A stretch of 64,000 bases of DNA from Anthoceros angustus (Eukaryota > Plantae > Anthocerotophyta): positions 1,488,001-1,552,000 of the forward strand of contig MU008169.1 of NCBI GenBank assembly GCA_010909165.1. Direction: 5' to 3'. The notes beneath the pieces are model-generated. The model saw nothing but the letters and a program-made list of their open reading frames with translations. It was not told the DNA's origin and ran no database searches. The translations under genes and the position numbers were made by a program. Below are positions 24,458 through 36,646 of this stretch, piece by piece; within the stretch, counting starts at the first letter, position 1; each line of letters starts with the position of its first letter.

Positions 24458-27400
24458 TCAAGTGGGAGGTATGTAGCTGAGGAAGAGTGCCATCCACAGA
24501 GTGATGGGGACAATCGACAGTGCATACTGCGATACATGAAGCACAAGTCTGTGAATTGCCAGAAGGACGTACAGAAGTGGGTAACAGGAATCCTCACAAA
24601 ACGTCTCACAATCTTGGCGAGGAGTTGAGAGCTCACCTGACGGAGGAGGAGGTCAGCGAGCATCCCTGCCAAGGGTCTAGTGGAAGGGCGAAGCTGGAGT
24701 TTAATGGCCAAACAGTACTTATGATTAGCACAAAGGTCCACGACAGGTACCGTACTAGTAGGGAAGAAGGAGCCCGCCATGACAATACCTGGGCAAGCAG
24801 TACCAGGTTTTGGGCAGTCGGCATGGCAGCTTCCACCTGAAGTTGGAAGGAAATCACCCATCAGCTTAACACAGTTGTCGGCAAGGTGATTCTGAAACCA
24901 CGTGCAGACATGGAGGCCAAACAGAACGAGCAGAGTTGGACACTCACCAAGACTGTGAGCATTAGGATGGGGTCGGCTGGAATGGTGTTCGTCTGCACCA
25001 GAGCCTGCATACAATTCTCGGTCAGACTGCCAAGGTGAAGAGGAGGACAATTCTGGCACCAGTGCAGGTAGGGCAACTCACGTGGACGGTTGCAAGTCCT
25101 GCTGCAGGCAAGAGGATGAGGCGAACCACAGCTATGATCCAGAAGGCTTTCTTGTCCAAGAGAGGTTCGGGAGTGCTGGTTTCCAGCTCCTGTGCCTCTT
25201 GCCCTAGCGTGATTCTAAACGCCTTACCCGAGGACTTGACAGAAGCAGCGAGCGAGGATGCAAGAACTATGGTCTGCACTGCGAGTGTAGCAGAACCCAA
25301 TAATGTGGCAGCCTGCAAACGTGCAATTCTTTCTCAGCCTACAGAGAAAAGCAGTTCAGGAGCACATGAGAGGAGCTGATGCCGTGAACCAAGGTTGGCC
25401 GGGTTAGAGACTGACATCAAACACAGGCCGCAGAATGCCTGCTGTCGCACCCCTTATGTCAGGCCAGCCCTCCACTGTGGTCGAGGAAACCACTTGTTGC
25501 ATAGGATGGATTAAGTGTGACAAAGGTGTGGCACCGAAGAGAATGCCGATCATAACCTGGTGGGAAACAGCAAGCCCAAAAGAGAGCACTCAGCCCTTCC
25601 ATGCCCAAGATCATCATTCAACAGAACTGTGAATTGGCTGGATGATACAACTGCTGCTCACCCCATACAAGGGTGGATTCATAATTCGAGAATTTAATCT
25701 CAAGAATCTTGTCCAATGAGAAGAAGGAGGTTGAGCTGGATCTGCACTAGGTTTACCCTCATCCCCTGCAATTATTCTGTAGCCGATTGTCCACAAGCAA
25801 GGTGACCAGGACACCATATAGAGTGCCAAATATCTGACCAGGTGATAACCGGGAACGAGGATGATGAGTCAGGAGTGGGAAAGCTGGGAGCCTCCTATTC
25901 GTGTAGCGGAAATGTATGGAAGTACTCACCCTGCAGCTCGGCTTGAGTTCTCCGGGCTCAATACCCCAGACAGGAACACCTGACATGTCAAGAAGTGGAA
26001 ACTTGAGGTGCAATTCATTTCCAGAACTTCCATACACACTGAACCCGTCCCGAAAGCACAATCTTTGTCAAGTGAAAAATTCGGGGAAGCACCAGCGGAA
26101 GAGTCAAAGAGTTGTTGAATGCACATCCTGCAGTTATCAGGGATTCCCTTCTGGCAGCATTAGCTGCTGCAGCATTCAGGTCAACCTGGGCAGCAGGAAC
26201 AGCATGTACTGTGGTGAGAACAGAATCCCCCTTGCCCCCTCCTACATTCGGAACCATTGATGCTGTAATGTGAGCTTCAACAGGTTGAGGGCGAGGTGCC
26301 CCATACATAGTCCTGCAAGCTAGCTTTCCGAGAATTGCACCTGACAACACCTGCGAAAGTAGGAGTGTCTCCTCAGCCTGAAATTTTCTCCTGTGGCAGA
26401 GAAAGACTTGAACCAGCAATCTGGGCGTAATGGTAGAAGCCTCCTGGAAGGCTTACTTGCACGATTGCCATGATAGGTAGCGCCACGAGACCCTTGGTTG
26501 GCTGTGATGCAAGCGTGAGGGAAACCTGTTCACATGTTTCCACACTCCACCTCCCCTCCACGTCAGGTACTATCAATGGCTGCACCCTGCTCGTGTTTTG
26601 GGTAGGTCGCTACATCAGCAGACTCTATGCCCATACAGCAAGCAAATCTCCCTGATACGTCATCTATAAAGCTGCAAACTCCCCATCCTATGGCTTCGGA
26701 GGTTTTCTACCCACAAATGGCTTACACTATACTACCCAACAAACAATCTTGTTTGACTGCCATGCAGCAATGCCACGAGAGTCATGGAATCTGGAGCCCT
26801 CACCTTGGACATGAGGAAACAGGGGATCAGCAGGCGAAAGGCAACCTGCCATCATCCACAGAATCCAGAAGTTCTTACACATATTCCAACAGTCACTTCC
26901 ACATGACTACAGAGCAAACAGGCACAAAAATGCATGCCTGACTCAAGACCGTAGGTGTTTCAGCCGGAAGATGGCCCGATGCCTGCAGCCATACTACAAA
27001 AGCTGCAATAACAATCCCACCGTCAGAACTGTCCGAAAAACTAACCCAGTTACCCACATTCACACACGAGCAGCTCCCCAATACTCACAGCAGAGACTAA
27101 TGAGATTCAAGGACGAGCCACAGGAAGCCCGCAAGATGGCGAAATCGATATGAGCCCCAGCAGCCTGCGCCCAACTCGCAGCACCCGAGCCAGCAATGGC
27201 GACTACAGAAATAGCTGCTAATGGGATACCACATGCGCACATAACCCTCCTAAGCCCGCCTTTGACTCGACCAAATTTGATCCCGAAGATCCTCCTCCCG
27301 CCGTCCCCGCCCTCTCCATCCGAAAACGAGCGCAATCTGGACAACACCGAAGACGACGCCCTCTGCGAGGCACCCTCCCCCCAGCTCCCCTCCTGCCCCA

Positions 27401-27593
27401 AGCCCGGGCCCCCCACCCACGCCCTGGAGGCCAGAAGCCCATCCTTCAGTGCGGCAGCCAGAGCCCCTCGCCGGAAACGGGCAAGGCCACATTCCTCCAG
27501 ACCACGCACGTTCAGCCCGACCGCGGCTCTGGAGGCGGCCGGACTGGGACCCGGGTTCGTACTGGGTTGAAGAATGGCATGATACTGCATCAT
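24458..27593 (-). CDS. PILS-like auxin efflux carrier (AEC / Mem_trans) family transporter, multi-exon, long N-terminal extension
   Basis: Exons give SFVVWLQASGHLPAETPTVLSQ, VAFRLLIPCFLMSK, AGCAFNNSLTLPLV, VVRLILLP, EAAMPTAQNLVLLAQ and YALSIVPITLWMALFLSYIPPT*. Start 27593 or 27629. Confidence 0.88.
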
Positions 27594-27889
27594 CCTGCGG
27601 ACGCTCCAGTCCAGGACCGGCTGGTCCATTTAAAGATCCAGCCGGAGCAAACGCGTACTTGCTGCAGCGCCCATTCTAGCCCAGGCAACCGTGGCAGCAT
27701 TGGGAGCAGCCTGCTGGTGGTGTCAGCAAAGGGGACGACTGGACGGGGTCGTTTTATTAGTTTCTTGGCGTGGGAGATAAAATGTCGGGTCGGGCGCCCA
27801 CGGGAGCAGGACCAAGATCGGGCGCCCGGCGGCAGGGGTCGTGGCGCCCGAGCTTCACTCTGCGTGGCTGTGGCGGACGAGCTTGGAGC

Positions 27890-28515
27890 GAGCGAGATGC
27901 GGTGGCCGGTGTGAACGTGCGTCGTTCATTTTTTCTATGGCTATGACGGGCGAGGTCTGAGCGGGATGCGGTGGCCGAGGTGAAGGAGTTTCTTTCATTT
28001 TGTGTGGCTATGGCGGACGAGGGTTGAGCCGGATGCGGTATTGCCGTGGAAAAGGAGCTTCTTTCATTCTGTATGGCTATGGCGGACGAGGTTTTGGAGA
28101 GCGGGATGCTGTGGCCGGGGTGAACGTGCTTCATTCATTTTGTATCAGGCGATGGCGAGGTTTGAGCGTGTGGTGGCCGGGGTGAACGTGCTTCATTCAT
28201 TTTGCATAAGGCGATGGCGAGGTTTGAACAGGATGCCGTGGCCGGGGTGAACGTGCTTCATTCATTTTGTATCAGGCGATGGCGAGGTTTGAGCGGTAAG
28301 CGGTGGCCGAGGTGAACGAGTTTCTTCCATTTTGTATCAGGCGATGGCGGACGAGATTTGATGAGCCTGATGCGGAATTGCCGCGGTGAAGGAGCGTCTT
28401 CCAATTTGTATGGCTATGGTAGACGAGGTCTGAGCGGGATGCGGTGACCGGGGTGAACGAGCTTCCTCCACTCTGTGCGCGGCTATGGCGGACAAGGCCT
28501 TGAGCGGCATGGGGC
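27890..28515 (+). repeat. ~65-bp minisatellite (~9 units) ending in the RAD51B start region
   Basis: Unit consensus GAGCGGGATGCGGTGGCCGGGGTGAACG-GCTTC-TTCATTTTGTAT-GGC-ATGGCGGACGAGGT. Confidence 0.92.
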
Positions 28516-29488
28516 TCCCGCTCGACCTGCTCCACGTCTTCCGAGCTAGGAACATTCTGACAGCCAAGGACGTGCTCATGCGCACCGAGCTGGAGCTCCT
28601 GGCGCTCCTGGATGTGCCCCAGGATGTTCTTCGGCCGGCGCTGGCCTTGATCTGCGAGCAGACGGCTCCGCCGTGCCGGACGGTGCGGGAGATCTGGGAG
28701 CGGCGGGCTGCGGAGGAGCCCGGGCGGGGGCACCTCGGCACCACGCTGGCGGGGCTGGACCGAGCCTTGTGCGGGGGAATTCCGTTCGGAGCGGTGACGG
28801 AGGTGGTGGCAGCGGCGGGGATGGGAAGACGCAGCTGTGCATGATGCTGGCCGTGCTGGGAACGGTGCCGCTCTCGTCCGGCGGGCTGGACGGCTGCGTG
28901 CTGTATGTGGACGCGGAGCGGAGCTTCAGGCCGAAGCGGATGCTGCAGATTGCGCGGGCAAGGTTTCCGGACAAGTCTGTGCGAAAGGACCTGGCGCACC
29001 GCGTGCTGGTGTTGCAGCCCCGGAGTATGGCCGAGTTCATGGTGGCGGTGCAGGCGCTGGACGGCCTGGTGACGGCACACGGCGTGAAGCTCTTGATCAT
29101 GGACAGCGTGGCCGCCTTGGTGCAGGAGGAATACGGCCTGGACCGCGTCGCGGAGAGGCAGCAGGCGTTGGGGCGCGCGGCTTCCCGCCTCAAGTTTCTG
29201 GCTGAGGTGTTCCGGATGCCCGTGGTGGTAACCAATCAGGTCCGGGTGCAGCGAGGGGGGCAAGGTGACGTGCCCGTGTTCGATCAGGCTTTCGGAGACG
29301 GCGAGGACGAGATGCAGGTGGCGCCTGCTCTGGGAACACGATGGGCACATGCTGTCAATGTCCGCCTTGTGCTGGAGTCCCACTTGGGGCAGCGGTTTGT
29401 CAAGGTTGCCAAGTGCCCGCTCTCGGGAGTGGTGCGTTTCCCTTACACCGTCACCAGTGGTGGAGTCGAGCAGGCGAGTGCAGTGTGA
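28485..29488 (+). CDS. RAD51B: RAD51 paralog B, intronless, single -1 frameshift in Walker A at ~28825
   Basis: MADKALSGMGL...ARNILTAKD, Walker A split across frames (AAGMG / KTQLCM), YVDAERSF, Walker B LLIMDSVAAL, VVVTNQV, ALGTRWAHAVNVRL. Confidence 0.9.
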
Positions 29489-30360
29489 ACAGCAAGATTT
29501 AGATGGTCATCGAATAATAGGTAACCCAAAAATCGTATTCGCCATTACCTACCTATAAAATTGCTGTTTAGGTAGCCCCAAACACAGTCTGTATCTAAAC
29601 AGCTCACAAGGACGTAGAGAGTGGCTATGTTCCCTTCGCGATGCCGCACATTGCGCTGTGTTGCGGGAATCTGTGGCTGAATCTACTACGAAAGGCAGTG
29701 CCACGTTGGTTACCTGGAAACAGGAACCTATTTTTTTGTAGCAAGATACATAAATGAGTTGGTTTTTTTGGTTTGCGTAGCTTGCTCCAGCAAAAGCGCT
29801 ACGGACAGATAATAATTCGACGAGGAGCTCTCCATTCATCGGGCCATGGAGCAGTCGATGAAGAGCACAGTCCCAAGCTTTCCAATCAGATAACGGACAT
29901 AAGCATCTAGCTGGTCATCCGATGCACACTATTACTGACTATAATAAATCCACCGGGCCAGGCGAACTGGTGAAGACAATGATACCAGTGTGATCCAGCA
30001 GTGGTGTGGTAGCCATAAATAAACTCATCCGACCTCTTGGGCTGTGACGGCGTCGTGGCCGCAAATCCTTCATGGGCAGCTCCGATGACGAATGTCGGAA
30101 ATAAAAGTGAACAGCAGCTAAAACAGTGAGAGGCATGCACTGCACTCCAGAAGCCACGTGAACAGGTGCCCTTCATCGACATTCCTGTCCGCCCTTCACC
30201 AGAAGAGAGCAACCAGGCAGCTCAAGGCAGCAGCAGCAGCCAGAAGGCAAAACGCTACTCCGTCCACCATCCTCGAAAACCCTGCACATCCATCAAAACA
30301 CCAAACAACAACTCGAAAATGAAGCTGAACCCAAGTCTGTACCCACTCACAGTCAGGCAG

Positions 30361-31673
30361 TCAGGCAGTCAGGCCTTGCAACAACAACAATGCTCCCATA
30401 CCTGCACTGGGAAGCGCCAGGACACTGAAATCCGGCTCGGCGTCCTCACGTCTGACGAGCTTCCTGCGCTTGGACGGCGCCGGCGGGTCCACCGTCCCCG
30501 GCGGGAACAGCACGTCGGTGATCCCGATCACAGAAATCCTGCCATCCGAGTACAAGTCGTGGTCGTAAATCCGCGCGGTGTGCCGGCCCTGCCCGAATTC
30601 CACAGTCCCATCCGCCTCCTGGGCCACCAAGGTGTAAGGTTGGCGGAGCGTGGGGTACGCCGTCTTCCCGTTCCTCCTCACCGCGTTGTAGATATCCTCC
30701 TCCGTGAGGTACTCCGGGATGACATGATACCACAAAATGGCGTCCAGGCCCCCGGACCCCGTGAGCTGCGCGTGGGTGAGCTGGTCCAGAGCCTCGTTGG
30801 TCGGCGCCAGGAAGGTGAAAGTATGCCCCGACTCCATCAGCAACGTCAAGTCCGCCTCCAGGGAGGTGAGATTAGCCACCAGATCCGCCACCTCGCCGTA
30901 CCCCCCGTAGGCAGCCACGGCGTCCACGAAGCCCACCACCTCCTCCTCCACCGTCCCCAGGAAGAGGCCCCGTCAGGCCCCGGCGCCGGCGCCCAGGCGT
31001 AGGCCGGGGAGCGCCAGGCCCCGGCGCCGGCGGGGGCCAGCCCGAGCGGGAGGCGGGAAGGCAGGAAGCCCGGGGCCGGGGTGGTGCCCGGGCGGAGGCA
31101 GCGGCCCCTGCCTCCGCCACAGCGCGAAGGCCGCCTTCACGGACCGCGGCACCACCAGCTCCCGCAGCCCGTGCACCCGCCCGTCCTCCCGCACGATGGC
31201 GTCCGCCTCCTCCACCTCCACCCGCTGGTACAGCAGGCGCGCCCCGCGGGAAACGGAACCCGCTCCTCCGACAGCGCCGTCACGGTCCCCTCCTCCCGCC
31301 AGTCCTCCGCGGAGACGTCCCCCTTCACCACGTGGTGCTGCAGCAGCGTCTGGAGCTGGTGGATGTTGGCCGGCTCCAGCAGCCAGCGCTTGAAGCGCGC
31401 GTCCAGCCCCGTGCGCGCCAACGCCTCCTCCTTCACCGCCAGGATGGTGAGCGGCGCGTCCCCGATCACCGACTCCAGGGGCTGCAGCATCCCCGCCTTC
31501 TCCAGCAGCTCCACCGTGTAGTGGTAGTCCGAATCCAGCAGCGCCCCGAGCACGGACGACGCCCCCCCCGGGGCCCGGAGCCTCCCGCCATCGGTAACCT
31601 CCGCGCCTGAAAAGCCGGCCGCTCCCAGCAGGATCAGACAAAGCAGCGCAAGCAGCCTCCCGCTGGCCGCCAT
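30361..31673 (-). CDS. Fasciclin-like arabinogalactan protein, group B (FLA15-18-like), with apparent frameshifts
   Basis: Signal peptide MAASGRLLALLCLILLG, two FAS1 domains (LLEPANIHQLQTLLQHHV; YHVIPEYLTEEDIYNAVRR...YSDGRISVIGITDVLFP), Pro/Ala linker. Frame breaks near 31250 and 30975-31030. Confidence 0.9.
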
Positions 31674-32145
31674 GGCCGGGGCTCCCCGAGCCCCCTCCCC
31701 CCTGCGCATGCAATGCAACGACGCTCACGCACCAGGAATGCAACAATCAATGCGACGATGCAACAATGCAACAATGCCGATGCAATGCCGATGCAATGCG
31801 GGAAGAGATTGCGGCTTCTCGTCACGGCAGCATTGCGCAGTTAGGGAACGCGGCCATGGCCGCAGCGCATAGCGAAGGAAAGGGAGGAGGAAGGACGGGG
31901 AGCGACGGCAGAGGAGGACCTCGGTCGCCGGTGAAAGCCTGGCAAAAGGACGCCCGACGGGCCGGCGTTCCGTTCAAGGCCCGTTCCGTTGACGTGATAG
32001 GCGGGGACAGGGATTGTCGGCTTGCGCATGCGCCACATCCGCCGTGACCGCCGGCTGTCCCGACGCCCCTTTCACGCTCCAGAGACTGTGGGCGGTGGTT
32101 GCAGCCCGGGGAGAAGGCCCCGGGGCGGGAGCACTGGACTGCTCA

Positions 32146-32404
32146 TCAACAGGCGTGCGCTCGCCATGGATCGGGGCTCGGGTCCCACACACAGCCAACC
32201 GGGGCATTGCCATTGGCATTGGCCATCGGCACTGTCAAAGAGAAAGGGATTCGGGAACTACCCACCGAAGCTCTACGACTGATGGGGAGACTCACGTTTT
32301 GTAAGTATGTACACACAAACAGGCATGTGGCTGGCACCGGCTTCAGCGCAGGATAGCACAAGTGCAAATGCCAATGGCAGCCAGCCAAGCTGCGCTTGCG
32401 TCAT
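32146..32404 (-). CDS. Candidate small secreted peptide precursor (2 exons, ~50-64 aa)
   Basis: MTQAQLGWLPLAFALVLSCAEA signal-like N-terminus. Phase-1 splice to TTTGACAG acceptor gives ...PMANANGNAPVGCVWDPSPDPWRAHAC*. No homolog recognised. Confidence 0.3.
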
Positions 32405-33818
32405 CACCTTCACGCGAGCCAGCTTCGCGATTGCCGTACTGTACACTGCAAACTTCTGGTTCTGTTCTGGCAGATCTAGACGACAACACTTCATCTCTCA
32501 CCGCTTACTAACTTCCACAGTCCACAGCATGCGCTATGTCGACCAGGTGCATGCCATCGCCATTGCCATTGCCATTGCCATCGCCCCAGCCACTGCATAT
32601 CACAACAAAAAACAACGGCGTCCACATGTCGGCTCCGCTGTACCAGTCTTACCTGCAGCTGGCCGCCTATCGCTTTCCTTGCTTCCACCCTCCTTTGCCT
32701 CTCGCTGTTGGTTAACGGTGTAGCGCCTTGGCCTAGCAGCTGTGCAGATTTAGGGTTACTGTCCCGTGAAAGCGTCGTTGATGCAGCACGCGCTGATGCA
32801 GACTACCCGACTCTTGGATGCCTGTCCTTCTGTCCTTCGATGTGCCTGCCTCCAAGCCCTTCCATGTCACAATGATGCAGTGAGTGCAGTGGTGGTGGTG
32901 TGTCGTGAACAGCAACTTCGGCAATAGGTGTCCATGACTAAGGCCGGAGGCGCCCCCTTCTCTGCCACACAGGGAGACATGAAGGGCGCAAAAAATAATC
33001 TCTCACAAATACCATGATAAGATAAGGAGGAGCTGGGATTCAAACCCGATTCTTTGAGATGACAAGGTCTGACCCTGCCGTAAGACCACCGATGCTCCTG
33101 CGCAAGCCACAGACATGGTGTTGTATGGAACATTTGTGCTAAGCGTTCGGACAGCTTCCTGGACGACACAGATTTGCCTTACTATTCCTAGTGGTTGAAT
33201 CAAGACTCCTAACATTGATTAAGCCAATGCGGCGCGCTTAGCGCTCAAACTCACTTACTCACATTTCATTTCGGTATCTTGCCTGGCAGTGTCCATTTGC
33301 CTGAGAACCTCCGTTCTGCAAGATCGATCATCGCAACACCGCGAAGCACCAGCTCCTGCAACCACATCATACATGAGTCTGCGAAATAGGGGAACGTTAC
33401 AGGACATCGTGGATCCAGTGGAAACATAAGACATGCCTGACATTGTCATCCGAAAAACAATCAAGTGCGACAACAAAACTCAACACACAATGGACTGGAA
33501 CAAAACCTTTTCTTCAGTGTAATTGGGGCTTCATTAATCTGTGAACAAAACTTGAACTCATTTAGGTCGTCCCTAAAATGTCACACTTGCCTCACTATCA
33601 GACTAACTGAGACTTGTTCACCGTGTGCACTTCTTACGGGCACAGCGGAAATGCTAACTTGCATCAGGGATGAGCAGGAAGCATCTCAAAGTGGAATGCC
33701 TCATGTAGTTTCGTTTTCTAAAGTCTACTTTACAGATTGAATTGAAGTTCTCCCGAAGTACATATAAAGAGCCCTCACCGAGCCCTCCTTTGTCGCATGC
33801 TGACGGTGAGATGGCTGG

Positions 33819-36138
33819 TCAATAGAACTTTGCTAAGCCCCGACCTTCGACGCTTATTTTCTCGGCCTGAAGATTCTTCTTCTTAGGAGTTTTGAGATTC
33901 TGTAACCTCTTATTCATCTGCGCAGGCAAGGGACGCAAAGGTTATTCCGATAGCCATGAACAGGGACCCAGAAGCAGAGAATACTTTGTGTCTGAAGGTC
34001 GGTTATACCTTCTGGCGTTTCTCGTCCATTCCCTGCATCTTGGCGCGTGCTCGTACATCCTCTGCATCGACTTTTGATCCCGGGCGGACCACAAAGTCGA
34101 GAGCAAGAGCTTCTGGCCTGGAAGCATGGAATCTGAAACCGGAGTCACCTGGCCTTGGCTCCCTGAAAAAGTTGGATGCACATGTTGGTTCAACACGCTT
34201 CATAGCCAGCAGAAGGGATCTGGTGCTGTACAGCTTCATTTGTAGCAATATTGGAAACAAAGGAGGAATTGAAACTTACCGAGAGTCCTCGTCCATCTCA
34301 AGCTCGTCACCAGGCTTTGAGCTCCTCCTTGGTGCTGGCCTGAGCAATGAAGACAGAGATGAGAAAAAAGGCAGACGGTACTCCACTCAAGGTGGATGCA
34401 CCCCGAGTCCCAGTCCACCGTCCAACTGGGTAGTACCATAACACCATAAGCGGATGATGGTCAAACATACCTAGAGATGGGCTTTCGCGGTGCTGGGGCT
34501 CTATCTGAATCCATTTGCCTCAGGTCCTCATAGTTGGTGCTCTTATGGAAAAGTGGGCGACTCTGGAAAAGGTCATGCGCGGGGGAGAACGTTGGGCTGG
34601 GCAACAAGATTTGGAGATGTTTCCATACTTGCAAATCAGCTTCTTACCCATTTGTCAACCAAGTCTCGTGCCAGCTTCTTGTTTTGTGGTGTCTCGGCAG
34701 GTAGTCTTGACAGAAACATAACAACCTACCCCACAAGAGAGGTGATGTATTAGGTTTTCCACTCTGGCTGGAGTCAGAGAATCGCCACCATGCTATGCAA
34801 ACACCGTTCTCAAATCATCGAACATATTCACCTTTCCAAGTCCACTCCTCTTAAGCAGATCCTTCTTCTCACTATCTGCCACTTCAATGGGCAACTGCAA
34901 AAGAACACCCAATAGAGAAAGATGTGAAACACTCATAACAGCGGGAGCAACTACATCTGGCTAGATAAGCTATTCCATGCAAGACAGCAACACCCCACTG
35001 GCTACTTACATCTGTGAGGAGCTTCAAAAGTGTGCTTCTGATGGTCAAGTTTGGCAAGGACCCATCAGGCAAAGGTTCAAGCCAATTCTTTAGCACATTC
35101 AGCACTCCCCGCGTTAGGAACTCATTCTGCAGATGACGCCTGCACGTCCGCTGCACATCAGGTCCACTGTCCGTACAAGCTTGTGGTAAACTTTTAGAGC
35201 AACGCCTTACTTTTCAAGCATGGTCACAAGCTCCGACAACATTCTCAATTTGTTAGTGGCGGGTTGTGAGTTGCGATTGCAGTTCGCATCCTCCTCAGCA
35301 GCAAGCTCAAGCCTAGCCATGAACTCCTCCACAAGCATCCCTATCTCTTCCGCAGGCCTTTCAGCTTTCTTCTTCTTCTTGCTGCCAGACTGAAAATACT
35401 TCTTGAGTTCATCCTCTTCAGCTTCCTCTGCCTAAAAGCATGCCCCCACGGTTACACAAGTCAGAACTGAGAACTTCTGCCATCCTGAAAGCCTTCACAA
35501 AAAAAGGCAGACATAACACCTGAGGAGCGTCCCCAGCTGAGCCAGCCGGCTCGTCGCCATCGCTAATGTAGCGCTCTACATCCAGTCCGGTGTCATCAAT
35601 GAAATTATCATCATCTCTCGTTCTGTGCCCTTCCTGGTCATCCTGCAAGATGGCCAGCGAGTCCTCTTCAACCTCCTCCAAGAAAGCATGAAGCAAACAA
35701 AGCAAACAAGCTGATGAATCCTAGATAGCGCCGAACCTCAGAGTCCTGGCCTGCCAAGGAATCCCACATCTCCTTCATCTCTCGCTCCCCTGATCCACCC
35801 TTTCCCAGCTTCGGCAGCCTATCCCCAACCCCTTGCCCCGATCTCCGTTGCCTGCCATCCTTCCCCTCCTTCAGATTCCGTATCCTCTTCCGCTGCTCCG
35901 CGTCAGAGCTGTCCTTGCTCTTCCTCTTCCTCTGGCTCCCATATGCATCCTCATCCTCCACAACCTCTACAGCGCTCCTTTTCACCAGCCGTTTCCTCGG
36001 CTTCGCCCGCTGTTCCTCCTCCTCGCCGGAATCCAGCCAGGGGTTTGCAAAACCTTGGTCCTCGCTACCCTCCCCATCTTGTCCCACATACTGCTCATCT
36101 GGGTCGTAGATGTACTGCCCCTCCTCGTCCCGCTCCAT
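33819..36138 (-). CDS. IWS1: Transcription elongation factor IWS1/SPN1, multi-exon
   Basis: Acidic N-terminus, DDNFIDDTG, LKNWLEPLPDGSLPNLTIR, HASRPEALALDFVVRP and C-terminal KKKNLQAEKISVEGRG. Confidence 0.92.
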
Positions 36139-36646
36139 CGCTATGCTCAAATTCCGCTCTCGACCATCAGTCGCGTAACTGTCGCGCACAGAGAGTGAGC
36201 CTTCCAAGAATACTGCTGCAAGGAATTGGAATAGGTCGCTTCGCTACGTCTAAAGCGCGAGATTTCCTATCTATTCTGCCAAAGGATCATTCCTGGAAAC
36301 AACACCCGCACAAAGATGCAATCCCGCTATGGATCCCTGGCAGGCGCGCCTGGTCTGCTGAGCAAACTGGGGGGAAGAGAAAGAGACTTAGGGAGACGAC
36401 GGTGTATTTACATGTATGTTCTGCGAGCTGGAAACGCTGTTAGACCTGATTCGACTTTTCTGGTCTAAAATACCATTTCCATCCGCTTACCTTGGTTCTA
36501 TCCTTGATTGGGTGAGAGTCGAGATGTACGTGGAGTCAAGGTGTAGATGTTGGCTACATGGATTTGAGGTTCGATCAGCAATCTTGCCTCTCTTGTAAGA
36601 TGTCCTTGGATGAAGTGTATGAGGAATCGGTTGGAAGTTCAAAGTG

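Noticed and set aside
24139-25059. 306-aa minus-strand ORF
   Set aside because: Runs through introns and the 3' UTR of the PILS-like gene. Only short parts are real exons.
27890-28515. CRISPR-like array
   Set aside because: Whole units are homologous with no unique spacers, the genome is eukaryotic and no cas genes are present. It is a minisatellite.
28337-29383. 348-aa minus-strand ORF
   Set aside because: Antisense shadow of GC-rich RAD51B with no recognisable domain.
30166-31002. 278-aa plus-strand ORF
   Set aside because: Antisense shadow of the FLA gene.
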